DNA from: the human T2T-CHM13v2.0 reference genome, Homo sapiens
NCBI RefSeq assembly: GCF_009914755.1
Contig: NC_060927.1
DNA: 64,000 bases
Direction: 5' to 3' (one strand)
In this document: piece by piece, positions 40,820-54,019 of the stretch
How the letters are laid out: every line of letters begins with the position of its first letter
Position numbering within the stretch: the first letter of the stretch is position 1
Notes under the pieces: model-generated
Told to the model about the DNA's origin: nothing
Databases searched by the model: none
What the model saw: only the letters and a program-made list of their open reading frames with translations
Made by a program: the position numbers and the translations under genes

Positions 40820-41130
40820 AGAGGAGTGAGATTGACTGGGGAAATTAGGAAGACATAACCTTCAATATAAGCCTTGAGATGGAACTAGTGGAAAAGAAGT
40901 TTAGAGAACTTTTCCAGAAAGGAAGACAGTAATGCAAAAACGTGGAAGCACGAGCATGTTTGGGGGAGTTCATTAGCTATAGCAAAAAGCCCAAGAGCTC
41001 TAGGAGATAGGCACAGTGGAAAGAAGTGGGAAGAGATAAGGCTGCAGCTGAAGGTGATGCAAAATTTTGAAGCCTAAGTTTTGCTAGGTTAAGACACTTT
41101 TACTTTATCCTAGAGTAATAGCTGGTAAAT
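40820..41130 (-). mobile_element. L2 fragment
   Basis: CAGTAATGCAAAAACGTGGA...TTTTACTTTATCCTAGAGTAAT, reversed L2 pattern. Confidence 0.55.
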
Positions 41131-41222
41131 AAAAATTAAGAAAACTGCAGAGTAAATTTTTTTCCTAAAGTAGTAATTAACAACAGTAAAAGATGATAGA
41201 GTGGGAGATTGGTAGGAAGGAG

Positions 41223-42077
41223 CAGGACTGGCCATGTGGGCATAAAGCCAGTGGAATCACATAGGGCCCAGCTCAATGTGCTCAGAAGGGTCTACTAGAA
41301 GGGATTTAATGCTCTGAGGTTGCTGTCTTGGTATTCTAAATGATAATTTTAACTTTCAACAATAAAGCCTGTGCAGGGGCTTGGAACCTCAGCTTGCAGG
41401 CATCCTCCTCCTGCCACTTCTCTTGGACAGCACACATTTTCCACCTCAGCTAACACTGCCATTTTTTCCACCTTCATCCCGGTGCCATGGGCAAGGAAGT
41501 GGGGATTAGCAGAGGCAGGCACAAACGCTCCAGGACATCTTTGGGGCCAGACAAGGCAGGGGCTGTCACTGCTCCTAGTTAGCAGCACAATGACATATTC
41601 AGCAGGCAATTCAGCCCATGTGGGCCTCTCACTTAGCTCCAATCCAGGTACCAAGTAAGTCCCATCATTGCTACATCGCATTTGCTACCTTCATGGAGGT
41701 TACTATAGCTTGGGAGGAGGCCTTGTAGGAAGGGAAGATGATGCCCGCTCGGCTTTCCTGTTGCTGGTGAAAGCACCATGCATTACTTATTCCAAATGGC
41801 ATAGGTGCAGCGGCTGGTGGGAAGAGAACCCAGCAACTGGAGGGCTAAGTCAATGTGTATGCTCCAAGTCATGGGGTGGACCACTGGGGGGGACCTGTGA
41901 AGGTTGGCTCTTGCATCACTGTGCTGGGGGAATATGACATCAAATAGTAAGTATAAAATACTGTGATAGGTCAGGAGACAGGGACCACAGAAGAAAGGAA
42001 ATTGTTTTATGTTTTAATACCTTTAAAGGCACATTTTCATTTTATACTGGGCCCCACAAATTATTTAGCAGGCCCAG
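41223..42077. mobile_element. MER45B/C-type hAT-Tip100 DNA transposon
   Basis: MER45-like ends (GCTCAGAAGGG...TTTAATGCTCTG; CATTTTCATTTTATACTGGGCCCCACAAATTAT..GC) around a GC-rich interior. Confidence 0.75.
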
Positions 42078-43409
42078 AGAGGAAATTAGTCGCACTTACT
42101 GTGGTCCAGGAAGGGGCCTAGAGTGGGAGAAACAGGATGATTTCTTCTCACCCTGCACTAGGTCAACTGAATTCTAGCAGCTCCTAGATTACTCAATTCC
42201 CTAAAATAATATTATGCACACTGCATTGTATTTAGAAGTTCCTAGTCAGTGTAACCTTCCTCCATTAAACTGTATGCTCCTTAAGTGTAGACTATCTTTT
42301 TAATTAAGACGTAATCTCAGCTTTCAAAGAGAACAAAATAATGAATCCTCAAAAATTGTGTGTTAAATAGCAGAAGACTTCAGATAGTGAAATACAGAAG
42401 AATAAGAAGTAAAAATTATGGATGGATATGTGTGTGTGTTGCTTTAACAGAGACCATAACCTCTGATATTAAGAAACGTGTGTAATCTAACAACCGTAGA
42501 GTAGTGGAAGCTTCCCTCTCCCTTATGCTAGAAGCTAAGGGCTATTTTTGTCCTGAAGGTTGTTGTTACCTAATCAGAGAAAGAAGTCAGGATAATTAAT
42601 ATGTTAATGGTAAAGCATCGGTCCTCCTTTCTTGCAGTTTAATAGAAGTTCCACATATCTTGAAAACAAAACTAATATTTGAGGAGCTTATGGGAGGGAA
42701 AACTCTATTGCCTTCATTCCCTACCCAAGACATAAAAGGCACAGGAGAGAAAGTGAAGAGGGTTTGGCTTTTTTGAGACACAAATTTCATTATTTTTCAG
42801 TTTGGGACAATAATTGTTTTCTTTCCTAATATCTAAAATTGTAAACAATTAAAATATTATGTCAGTAACAAGTGTAAAATATTCTGGCAAATCAATATCT
42901 TTACTTAACACAATCTCTGGAGTCCATTACTTATTACTTTGTCGTATGATTGGGTTCCTGCTGAATCTCACCAAATCGCACCAAAAGGGTGACAAAACAA
43001 CTTCCTGTAAGCAAAGGACAAACAGTTAAGTAAGGTAAGTAAAGGGCAAAAGACTTGTGCCAGGGGCAAGGAATTGGGGAGGGCCAGGGGCATGTAGGGC
43101 ACTCCAGGGCAGACCCCGGATTTAAAAATACATTTTTAAATTTGTATAAAAATTTAATGTAGTTGGAGGAATAGAAAAAGCACAAGGACCTGAGAAAGGG
43201 CCTTTGCAGGCAAAATTTATTGAATTTTTAAGCTAAAGAGAGTGAGAAAAAAAAACCTCTAAGCAATACAAACAAATTAAGGTACTGTGTATGTTAGAAT
43301 GTTAAGAAGTGCAAAGGATTTGGAAAACATTGCTGCAGAGCCTGAGAAGCATTTGCAGGTTGAGGTTACTTGTGTCTCAGAATCCATTGTAAACAAAACA
43401 TAGGAAAGA

Positions 43410-43640
43410 TAACAGAGTCATGGATCTCTATGGCTCTGTGACTTTAGGCAATTTCAACCTCTCAGATCCTTAATTTCCTTATTCACATGAAGGGTTGGAT
43501 AATAATAGTTGATAGATTGATAATAATAATACTTGCCTTATAAAATTGTTATAAGGGTTAGAAATAGTTAATGCATGTGAAAGACTTAGCTCAACCTGGC
43601 ATGTAATGAACATTCGTCACATGTTATCTGTTGTGAATGA
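43410..43640 (+). mobile_element. MIR
   Basis: TGTGACTTTAGGCAATTTCAACCTCTCAG...ATGCATGTGAAAGACTTAGC..CCTGGCATGTAA. Confidence 0.7.
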
Positions 43641-44678
43641 CAAGAATTAGTGAGAAAAATCTCAAAATTGCCTTTGTGATTCTGGAACTGAAACAGAGGG
43701 CAGGTTTTGACTTAGTTCTATGGTGATTAAAAGCTAAATGCTTCTACCTTTGTTTACCATCAACAGCTATATCTCTTTCTCATTTTTTTATCTGTCAAAA
43801 TTCAATGAAAATATGCAAGTTCCTTTCTCACTGAGTCTTTTTTTTTTTCCTGTGTGTGTGTGCTTAGGGAAACAATATATTTACAAGCATTTGTCTTTCT
43901 CCTCAATTACATACTTAAACATTTATCTTTTAAAGAAACGAACAGTAAACACACATACACACACACACACACATGCACACACACTAATGGCAATACTCTT
44001 GGACAAATGATAGTTGCTTTTTTTTTTTTTTTTTTTTCATGGAAAGAAGGAGGTTTAGTTTACAGATGTTTGAACCAGCTTAAGCTCCCCCAGGTCTCAA
44101 CCTCTGTAAGTCTTCTGTTTTCTTCCTCTTTACCTTAGAGTCTTTTCCAATGATACAGTTAGACATATTAACTTTATTTTTTAAATCCATGCCTAATTGG
44201 TATGATTGTAAAAGCAACAGTAATTAGTTATTTCTTTGAAGGAGGAGATTAGAATAAAAAGTTATTTGTAAAGGGAATGAAAACAATTGTTTTATCACTG
44301 CTATTGTTATTTAGGGGTGGTGAAATCAAATAAAATTTTGTTCTTGGAGAAAGAATGGAGTCTCTTCAGAAGTGCCAGGAACTTTATAGGAATTTTAAGA
44401 AAGCCTGACCCAAATTACTTCTAGATCTAAAATATTTGTTCTTTTCTATGTAACATTAAAGTGAAAGTGATAAAATATTGTAAAGGCTGACATAATAACT
44501 GATGTTCAGAGCAGTAACTGTAAGTGACAAGGAGCTGTGGCTCATGGAAAATAAAAGCAAAACAGCTTTCCCAATGCTCTGATGATATTGACTAACTAGC
44601 AACGAGGGGTCTCATGATATATTTATGATATTTTCTAAATAACTCATGCATTTTTTAAAAAATCGATTCATTTTTCAG

Positions 44679-44714
44679 GGTGATAAGAGTAGCTGTGGTT
44701 TTCTTTCACTTAGG
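44679..44714 (+). other. Candidate 36-nt microexon
   Basis: Acceptor TTCATTTTTCAG and donor AGG|GTATGT; length is a multiple of 3. Confidence 0.25.
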
Positions 44715-44929
44715 GTATGTGTGTTTATTCCTGATGTCTTTGTAAACACAGAGCTGAGGATGGTGATCCATCTTCATGAAATTCACTAGGCGCAGGCTTC
44801 ACTGTACTTAAACAGAGTGCCAAAGCTGACATCACCTTCCTTGTTCTCACAGGGCTCCAGCTGGGTGAACTATGGGGCATTTGCCCGGAGTTCATGCTCA
44901 GCATCAGGGTCAAAGCAAAGGGAACTCTG

Positions 44930-44945
44930 ACAATGATTCCATTGT
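44930..44945. promoter_or_regulatory. Palindromic SOXE dimer site ACAATG-n4-CATTGT
   Basis: Perfect inverted SOX motifs with a 4-nt spacer, in non-repetitive sequence near forkhead motifs. Confidence 0.5.
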
Positions 44946-45545
44946 GAACTTGTTCTGGGAATGCCATGATGATTCTCTATCATGTTCCTCGTACACTGCA
45001 CCAGCACCACTGCTTCCCTTCCCAGTGAGATCCCGATCAAGCTTTATCATGCAGCCCAGAAGGGTGGGGGAAAGAAAAAGAATTAGGAGAAAATGTAAGT
45101 TGAAACAGTTGCTGTACTAACCTGTTGCATCCCCAAATGATGAATCTTATTTTTCCTGCTTCTGTAATTTCTGCCATCTACTCTAAAATAGAAATATTAG
45201 AATAGAGAAAATGTAAATGTCATTTTACATGTAAGGAAATCAGGACACACAGTGTTCAAAGTATTGACTCTAGAAGTGGAAATCAGGGGTTCTGTAATCC
45301 ATTCAGGAGCTGATTCCTATATATTATTTTAGAAACCCTTAATACATTCTAAATCTGTCTCATTATTGGCTAAGTAGAAATAATCTGAGTACAGTATCAA
45401 GACATAGAAAAATGTACAGTTGGTATCTTTCCTAGCTTTAAGAGTTAAACTGTTAGGAAAAAATGTGAAAAACATTTCAATGGACAAAATCATTACTGAA
45501 TGTTCTGTTAGAGTTATCTCTTTTCCTTGTCTTTGAACTATTTCA

Positions 45546-45928
<383 letters not shown>

Positions 45929-46659
45929 TTAATTAGTTATTGTCAGGTGGATATTGACAGTATCACAACTACATGTATATTCACTTCCAAATTTCTGGGG
46001 ATGTCTGTTGTATATGTGTGCTCTAAGAATTCTCCTTTGACGTGATTATAACATCTTAGTGGTACTCTCATTAATTAATGAATTAAATAAAATATTTGAC
46101 AAAGTTTGCTTTCTATTTGTGTGGTAATAGTTTTACAATAAAAAATCCTTCATCAAGAGCTTTAAACAATTTATAGAAGCTTTGTTTTTTCTTTCAATTA
46201 TAAACCTATAAGTAAAAAAATTCGCCACAAAATTAGAAATGTTCTGATTTGCTTAGTCAACTCCTATTAAATGTTTCTGTCTTTGGTGTTGAACAAAGGT
46301 TGCAAAAGTAATGAGATAATATGAGAATGTGCTTTGGGAACTGCGAATCTGGAGTCACTGGTCCATGAGGAATCTAGGATAAGAAGAAGGAAGCTGTGAA
46401 GAATGGTTGGCTAACAGTGCTGGCAAGGAATTCAGATCAACATACCTCTCAAAAGAATGGAAGTCTCTTAAACTCAGGTAATTGTTAAATTGGTTCAAGT
46501 GTATTATGGCAAGAATGCTTCTCTCTCCTTCCCTAATATAACACTGCCCTAAATGACTCCCTACCTCCCTGTTTTGTCTCACGCTTGACAGTGAAAACAA
46601 AGATAAATATTTGAGGAAACATAAACTCAATAATGTCATTTATTGGAAAGCTACAGTTT

Positions 46660-47520
46660 ACAGATTCTTTGCATTTATTACCAGAGCTGTTCCTTACAAC
46701 AACTTTATCTGAACAGTATTATTAGCTACATGCTGTAGATGAGAAAAGCAGTGCTCAACGAAACTAACTTGCCCTAGAGTATCCATCCAGTAACTGGTGA
46801 AGCTGGGATTTCAACTTCCTTTTCTTTTTTCTTTCTTTTTTTTAAAAATCTTAATTCTGAAGCTGTTATGCATTATGGAACCTGTGTAGTTCCGTTCTGA
46901 GTTCTACTATCTGGTTCAGAATCTTGGCTCTACCACTTCAGCCCTCCCCCTCGCTCCAGGAAAGAAATCACACAAGCTTTTGGGGGGAAAGATTAGAATG
47001 GAAAGGTCTGAAATACAAGAGGAAAACCATAAAAGTGTGTGTGCCCAGAGGGAAGAGAGGAGAGAATTTCAATAAGAATGGGATGATTACCTGTGTAATC
47101 AGGTAATCAGCTAATATAGATGAAAACAGTATTTTGCATTGCGATATTAGATAGTTATAGGCCAACTTTGCCAGAAAACTTTAGCAGAGTGCAGACAGAA
47201 ATGAGATAATAGTCTGTTATAGGCAGGGAGAATGTGGAGACAGGAGAAAGAAACTGAAAACACAGGAGAGGGATGAGACGCTGGTAAATATTTCTTAACA
47301 GACCCCAGAGAAGTAGGCAAGACCATCTAAAGGAGAGACAGATGCATGAGTCTTGGAAATCAGATGGTAAAAACCTGGTGGCAGGTTTGAATGTCTCTGT
47401 GAAGTAAGAGAGAAGGGTGCTGCTAGGGAAAGGGATTAGGGTGAAGGAGCAGCAAGGAAGGTGAAGGACAACTGGACAGTTTGCACGTGGATGGTTTTGA
47501 CTTGCCATTGTGAGGGATGA
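46660..47520 (-). mobile_element. MIR (about 46660-46820) and L2 (about 47000-47520) fragments
   Basis: GTAGATGAGAAAAGC..TAACTTGCCC..GCTGGGATTTCAAC (MIR); purine-rich reversed L2-like sequence. Confidence 0.5.
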
Positions 47521-47678
47521 CAAAAACTGCATTCTCTGAGCATAAACATGGTTGGCCAGATAGTCTGCAGGCCAACTGTGAGTGTAAATTTGGAGCAGCA
47601 CCTATCTGAAGGGTGGTGTGGTTTCCCCACCAGAATTCAAGAACCTAAAATAATGGAGTGGTTTAGGATTAGGGCTGG

Positions 47679-47830
47679 AGCCAAGTGTGATAGCTCACGT
47701 TGGTAATCACAGCACTTTGGGAGCCCAAGGCAGGAGGATCTGTAGAGTCCAGGAGTTCGAGACCAGCCTTGGCAACATAGCAAGAACCTGTCTCTACAAA
47801 AAATAGATAAATTTTTAAAAATAAAAAAAA
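47679..47830 (+). mobile_element. FLAM_C / Alu left monomer
   Basis: Single Alu arm plus A-rich tail; TSD GATTAGGGCT on both sides. Confidence 0.9.
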
Positions 47831-48550
47831 GATTAGGGCTAGGTAGGTAAAATAGATAGGTTTAGGAAAGGACAAAGAATATGAGGGAAACAGGAATGCT
47901 AACAGAACTGGCTAAAGTGATAAAGGAGAAAGAGGGCTGTCTATCTGAATATAAAAGCAGTCGAGCTTGGTTGGGGTTGTGAGCTGGTGAAACAAGCAGA
48001 GTACAAAGTAATGAGGCTTCTCTAGGACAAAAAACGGTGGTGATGAAACATCCTCGGTCAGATTTCATCTAAAGGCAAGGTGAGCACACATAGGACATTG
48101 CTGATTAAATTGGAAAACTCCCTCTGTGTCTCAACCCTGGAAATATTAAAATGAATACATTATTAAACACTACTTTTTATCCTAATATAAACCATTTTAA
48201 ACAGACTCCTCTTCCAGCTAAATCCGAAATAGCATTAGAATATGATGAGCTTATAAATCAGTAATGGTCTGTAGATGTATCTTATTATTTCTTTTTCCTT
48301 TGGGGGTAGGTAATATTGTTTTTGTCTGTCCGTGCTTTGCTTAGAAGCCATCCAAGTCATCTACCCAAACCCAAGAAACATGATAGCAGAAAGCCCATTT
48401 AAGTAATTCTTATAAGTGATATCTTTAGAGTCTTCTTGAAAATATAAAAGGGAAATGAGAAACCACCACACAAATCTCAATGTTCAAATTTCAAGATCTT
48501 AATCTATTTTATTTATGGACTTGATTGGGAATAAAGAAAAGCTAGTCACC

Positions 48551-48565
48551 TTTTTTTCTTTTTCT

Positions 48566-48597
<32 letters not shown>

Positions 48598-48880
48598 TGA
48601 GACAGAGTCTCATTCTGTCTCCCAGGCTGGAGTGCAGTGGCGTGATCCCGGCTCACCACAGCCTCCACCTCCTGGGTTCAAGCGATTCTCTTGCCTCAGC
48701 CACCTGAGTAGCTGAGATTACAGGCATGCTCCACCATTCCTGGCTAATTTTTGTATTTTTAGTACAGACAGGGTTTCACCATGTTGTCTAGGCTGATCTG
48801 GAATGCCTGCGCTCAAGTGATCCGCCTGCCTTGGCCTCCCAAAGTGCTGGGATTACAGGCGTGAACCATCGTCCCCGGCC
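48551..48880 (-). mobile_element. Alu (AluS-like)
   Basis: Reverse Alu with a long T/TTTTC tail; TSD AAA(G/A)CTAGTCAC. Confidence 0.95.
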
Positions 48881-50236
48881 CCCAAAACTAGTCACTTTCT
48901 ATTCACGCACAGGAAAACAACCTATTTCCAGTCAGATCTCTGGTTCTCATGTTGAAAGATGGCAGAAAGCAAAAGGAGGAGGAGCAATTTTGATAGCTAA
49001 ATAAAACTCATTTATCACCAGTTTCTATATTTTTGTGTGTTTGATAGATTTTCGCCTTGTGTTACTTGTTTGTTTAAAAACTGATGAAAATCTTAAGAAA
49101 TTTAAAAGGAATTTGTCATTACTTAAGGACAGCAGAAGGGTTTCTTTTTCTTGTTTTCCTCTCACCTCTTTATGAACTCAGTATTAGTTGATTCTCTATG
49201 TTAATAGCAATATAGACACTATAAATACAAATCTAGAGAAAATCCTAGACTTAATATTTGCTGAAATTGCCCAAGAAAATGAGACATCAATTCTACTAGT
49301 CTTGAATCTGCTTAAACTTTCTCATCTTTAAGGAAATATTAAGTTAAAGTATCAATTTGGAAAACTTACAAAATAATTTGGGGCAGGGTGGCAGGGCTGG
49401 AGGGGTCAGTGGAAGTGTTAATGATGGACTCCCTGAGATGGAGTTGGCAGTGGCACTCTGCAAATCAATCCAGAGTCAGAAGGCTAATGTATGCACACAA
49501 GTCTATTAAGCTCTTCTCTATAACAGGCTCAGCATTTTCCTTTCCATTTTTCTACCTGGAAATACTGTTAGTCAGCTAATGCACCTTGCTACAAGAAGCA
49601 AGAAAGACTTTTGGGATTTGGAATATAATAATGCCTTTGGTATTGTACAGATTAATTTTCTTAGCATTTTGCCTAACGTAAACTGGCCTAATGCAAAAAG
49701 GTTAACTTCTTTTAAATATTATTTTCAAATCTTAATTTTCATTTCAATATTTTAATATATAGCAATATAATTTTAATAATCAATTTCCCATTCAAATCCA
49801 AAGGGAAAGGAATGCAAACGAAACAAATGCAGGGAATCATATCAGAACCAAAAGAAGTTAGATGGAATTTAAGGGCCTTCTACATACTTAGTAATAGTTA
49901 ATTATTTTAGGGATTTCAAATTCTATCTTAATTCAGTAAAATTTTAAAATGAAATTTAAATGAAAACATTTCAATGAATAAAATTTAAATGAAAAATTTT
50001 AAGATGAGTCATTCTTTTTCTGAATATGTTCCTTTGGGTTTTAATTAGAATATAGCATATGCACAAGGTAACCATCTGGGATGAGCCCTGAGCAAAGTCA
50101 GAACTACATCAGGAAAAGGTGGTTTTCACATTTGCTGCCTTTTCCCATTATCATGCTTTCTGGTACTCCTATTTCATGCAAGTGTTATATAATCAAATAT
50201 CTTCATTCTTGAATTAATTTGGGGGAAAATTTTAAC

Positions 50237-50555
50237 TTTTTTTCTGGCTTTATTGAGGTAAGTTAACACAAACAGTATAAATTCAAGGTATACAATGTGA
50301 TGGTTTGATATACATATACATTGTGAAATGTATCTAATTACAATTAATTACAATTAACTAATTGCTGTTAATTATCAGATTAATTAACACATTCATCACC
50401 TCACATAGTTAACATTTTGTATGCATGGCAAGGAAGGAATGAGGACACAAGTTCTATTCTCAGCAAATTTCAAGTAAACAATACGGTATTAGTAACTATA
50501 TTCACCATGCTGTATGTTAGATCCCCAGGACTTACTCGTCTTGTAATTGAAAGTT
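50237..50555 (-). mobile_element. L1MA8/9-like 3'-end fragment
   Basis: TTTATTGAGGTA...TACAATGTGATGGTTTGATATAC..CATCACCTCACATAGTTA..CTCAGCAAATTTCAAGTA. Confidence 0.85.
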
Positions 50556-50684
50556 CTGGATTAATGTATTTGAACATTAACTTGTAAATCATTTTTTTGA
50601 GAAAACCTAAAGTGTTCTAGAATGCTATATTTTAAAGAAGAATTCTCAAAGTTTATTTATTTATTTTTTAGCTTATTTTCTTTA

Positions 50685-51000
50685 TGGCTGCCCCACAGCC
50701 AGCCCCCTAGCAACTGTCTGCTCTTCGGCCTGATGCAAAATGTCAGGTCACTTGCTGGGAACAGAGTTTGGAGGGCGGGGGTCTGGAAATGAATTTAGAG
50801 CCGTAGGATGCAGGTTCACATTTTCTCCTGGATCAGCTATGTTTCTCCAGGCTTCCGGGTACGGATCTTCAGGGAAGAAGTAGCTAGGCACTCCCAAGAA
50901 AGCTCTCAGTCTCTTCAACTTCCTCATTTCAGCTTCCCTGCACTCTGGAATTAAACTTTTGTGCAGCCAGGCTGTGAGAACTGATGCATAAATCATGAGA
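50685..51000. promoter_or_regulatory. Candidate promoter/enhancer
   Basis: Locally GC-richer; GC box GAGGGCGGGG (50771), CCTAGCAAC (50706), TGATGCAA (50731), AGGTCA (50745), ETS-like ACTTCCTC (50918). Confidence 0.4.
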
Positions 51001-51903
51001 TAGGGCTTTATTAGGGGGAGTAAAGAATTCTCTCACATGGAAAATGTTCACAAACAGATCCTCAACAGTTGTTTAGAATGCCTGAAATTTGTTATTAATA
51101 TATATGTACCACTGAAGAGTTACAGTGAATGTCAATAGAAGAATATAATTTTGCACGTCTCCATTTTGTCACCGTATCTTCAGTGTTTCAAAATCCTTTG
51201 CTCCCTTCCAAAAAAGATTCTGGGATTTAGTAACATAATGATACTAAGTTACTTTCTACTTAAAAACATATTAAAGGTAGAACTGAAAGATATTTTACAA
51301 GCCAAGACAGAATCCCGGCTCTGGAGTTCTGTTACTCTTGTAACCATTGATAAAATCACTCGACCGGAAGCTGCTGCTTGGAGCTGCATTCTGCAGTGCT
51401 AATTTTAAGTGTTTGATGTTATCAGCTGTACCAGGGAAAACCAAAGCAACAATGAGTGTCAAGTCTTGGTAGACCAAAGAAAAAGTATGCCTAGACTATT
51501 TTGTGAAAATTCAGATATCTCTAATTACTGTAAATCCAGATTCATGTGCCAGCAAACATTTGTTGCTAAAATTGTTTAAAATTCACTTCCATCACCTTCT
51601 TCATGAAAGCAGAGACCAACTTGACTATCATTGTTTATGCTGCCCTTTGAAAACATTTCTGTGATCAAAGATGACAAAAGCAATGCAACAGCCTACTTCT
51701 CTGGGAAAAGCTAGCCCCAGTGCCTAAGGGAAAACATTCACTAACTCTTTTCATATGAAAATCAGTCTTTGTTCAGAGAAGGAGGGGAACAAGCAGAGAC
51801 TTTTACTGGGACAAGTAAATCAAGCCTTCAGCAACTCAAGGAACAAACATACAAGACAAGCTCAACTCCTCGTTAAGACCAAATTAGGATAACACTACAA
51901 GAA

Positions 51904-51940
51904 AATAAATTGTTTTATCTGGTTGTGGTGCTTTGGGGAT
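51904..51940 (+). terminator. Candidate polyadenylation signal
   Basis: AATAAA followed by U/GU-rich TTGTTTTATCTGGTTGTGGTGCTTTGGGG. Confidence 0.3.
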
Positions 51941-52302
51941 AGTTAATTGACTACTCAAATAACAACTTTGATAGTATATGAACTGTGACTGTGTTAGTAG
52001 GTTTTAATTAGCAGGAACTTTTTGTAAATTGGACAAAAACTTTTTTTATTATGACTAGGAAAACTGCTGTTTTCTATTTTTGTTTTGCTCTTTTAAATGA
52101 TACCGAACTTTAGTTAATCCCTCAGTCCTAAATTATGGCTGTTGCGAATGAGGGCTATAATAGTTATCCCATTTTATTTTAAATTTTGTATTAATGTTGA
52201 TAGAGATGAAAGAAGAAAAATATTTGCACTCATGCTGAAATTGCAAAGGAACATGTGTGAATGACCTCTTGGATACTTGTTGCTTGGAAATGCGAGCAAT
52301 CG

Positions 52303-52535
52303 TTTCTTTATTTTTATTTTATTTTAGTTTTTTGAGACATGGCCTTGCTCTGTCACCCAGGCTGGAGTGTAGTGGTATGATCAGGGCTCACTGCAGCCTC
52401 AACTTCCCTGGTTCAAGCAATCCTCCCACCTCATGCCTGGCTAATTAAAAAAATTTTTTTTTGTAAAGACACAGTCTTGCCATGTTGCCCAGACTGGTCT
52501 CGAAGGCCTGGGCTCAAGCGATCCTTCTGCCTCTG
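52303..52535 (-). mobile_element. Alu (AluJ), 5'-truncated with an internal deletion
   Basis: Reverse Alu; degenerate TSD AGCA(A/G)T(C/A)GTTTCT. Confidence 0.88.
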
Positions 52536-52558
52536 TCTGGAAAGCAGTAGTTTCTATG

Positions 52559-53420
52559 CAGTGACACCTATACTACTAACTATAATTGAACTTAACCTAG
52601 AAAAGCATTTTGCATGTTTAGCTTTTAAGTGTGTTTGACAGAAAAGGAGAAAGGAACCTGAAATAAGAAATAATTTAGTGATAAAATTGTTGATGTTCTC
52701 CTTCACTGTAATCCATTCCAAATATAGTTTATTTTGCTACAGAGCATGTTCTGTAATGTAAATGGAAATAAGATTGTTAAAGAGGGAATGATGTGAACAT
52801 AACTTGGGTGATGAGAAGGCTCCTAAGGGATTTTCCCCCTGCATTTTGCACTGCCAGCATTTACACTGCAGCAGAGTGCAAAATATGCTAACAAAGCTGC
52901 ATACAGCAAACCTTAGAAGAATACAGTACTGTACACCATGTCCATTCATCCTATCTTCCCAGGAGGTTGATCATGTGCAAAAGAAACAATGACAAGATAA
53001 TGATCCAAAATCACCAGCCATATCTTTGCTGTGGTATGTGTGAAACTTGCATCTACTTATTACATAAAATGCTACACCTGTAACTTCTGATGGTGTTGTG
53101 CTTTTTTCTGTAATTCAGCAGTCTTTCTTTTACCTCATTCTGATAGCCTACTTTCATTTGTATTTGGAATAAAGTCATATTAGTTACTGTAGTATTGCTT
53201 TCTTTATTATGATTTTAACATTTTTTAAAAACTGTGATAAATTGTTATTGAGTAGGATTTGTTATTGTTGTTAATGCTCTGGTCATCAAGTGCATTAAGT
53301 TTTGAGTGGTCTATGCTAATTCTATTTTTTCCCCCATTAACTTTGTAACTTGAAGTGTGCAATGTAGCTTAATGCAAGCTTTTCAGAAATGCACGTGTAT
53401 GTTATATCAGATGTTTGTAC
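52559..53420. mobile_element. Old Tigger-like DNA transposon remnant (tentative)
   Basis: CAGTGACACCT... and ...GTTATATCAGATGTTTGTACTG termini resemble Tigger TIRs; interior not verifiable. Confidence 0.35.
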
Positions 53421-53761
53421 TGTGGTAGGACTTTCTCCCTAGTTCAGCTAAAGATGGGGTCCTTGCCATACAGCTATGTAGTATTAGGCCTGCAGACACT
53501 TTGAAGGGTGAGAAAAATGGAATTTATTGGAAAAAAGGAAAAAAGGGGAAAGAGGGACCCTCAGCAGAGTGAGAGTCCTGCTAGTATATGCTTCCTGCGT
53601 CACAGATTGAATTCCAGGTTCCACCCAGGAAGAAGAGGGGCCAGGCTCCTCCCCAGGGCAAACAGAGTGAACTTCCCGAGGCTCCACCCCAGTGTGCATT
53701 CCTCCCAGCACACAGGCCAGTTGGGGGTTCTCCAGTGACTCCTTTATATTTGGCTGTCTCG
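53421..53761 (-). mobile_element. MER61(A-type) solo ERV1 LTR
   Basis: Reverse strand reads GAGACAGCCAAATATAAAGG..GGAGGAATGCACACTGGGGTGGAGCCTCGGGAAGTTC..AATAAATTCC..TTTAGCTGAACTAGGGAGAAAGTCCTAC. Confidence 0.85.
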
Positions 53762-54019
53762 TTACTTCTAAAATATTTCATATTCATAAAATAAAAATGT
53801 TTTAATAATGTTATATATTTGTAAAGGCATTTACAATCTTCAAACTTCTGCATGAAAAATCTCTCAGAAGTCAAAAATGGATTTACTGTCCTGATGTAAA
53901 ATAACCTGCAAATCTTACTTTCTAATTTTGGTGATATATGTGTAAAAAGAAATAAATCATCTCATGAACAAAATTAAAAAAAAAACAAAAACTGAGAAGT
54001 TGCGGTGAGTTCTGAGGCA

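Noticed and set aside
41349-41937. GC-richer block with several 90-110-aa ORFs resembling an exon
   Set aside because: It lies inside the MER45-type DNA transposon, with no convincing splice sites or transposase similarity.
47155-47601. 148-aa minus-strand ORF
   Set aside because: It overlaps degraded L2-like sequence and the low-complexity L/S/F-rich translation has no homology I recognise.
50695-50715. CTCF-like GCCCCCTAG
   Set aside because: It lacks the TGG that follows the core in the consensus; an RFX half-site reading fits as well.
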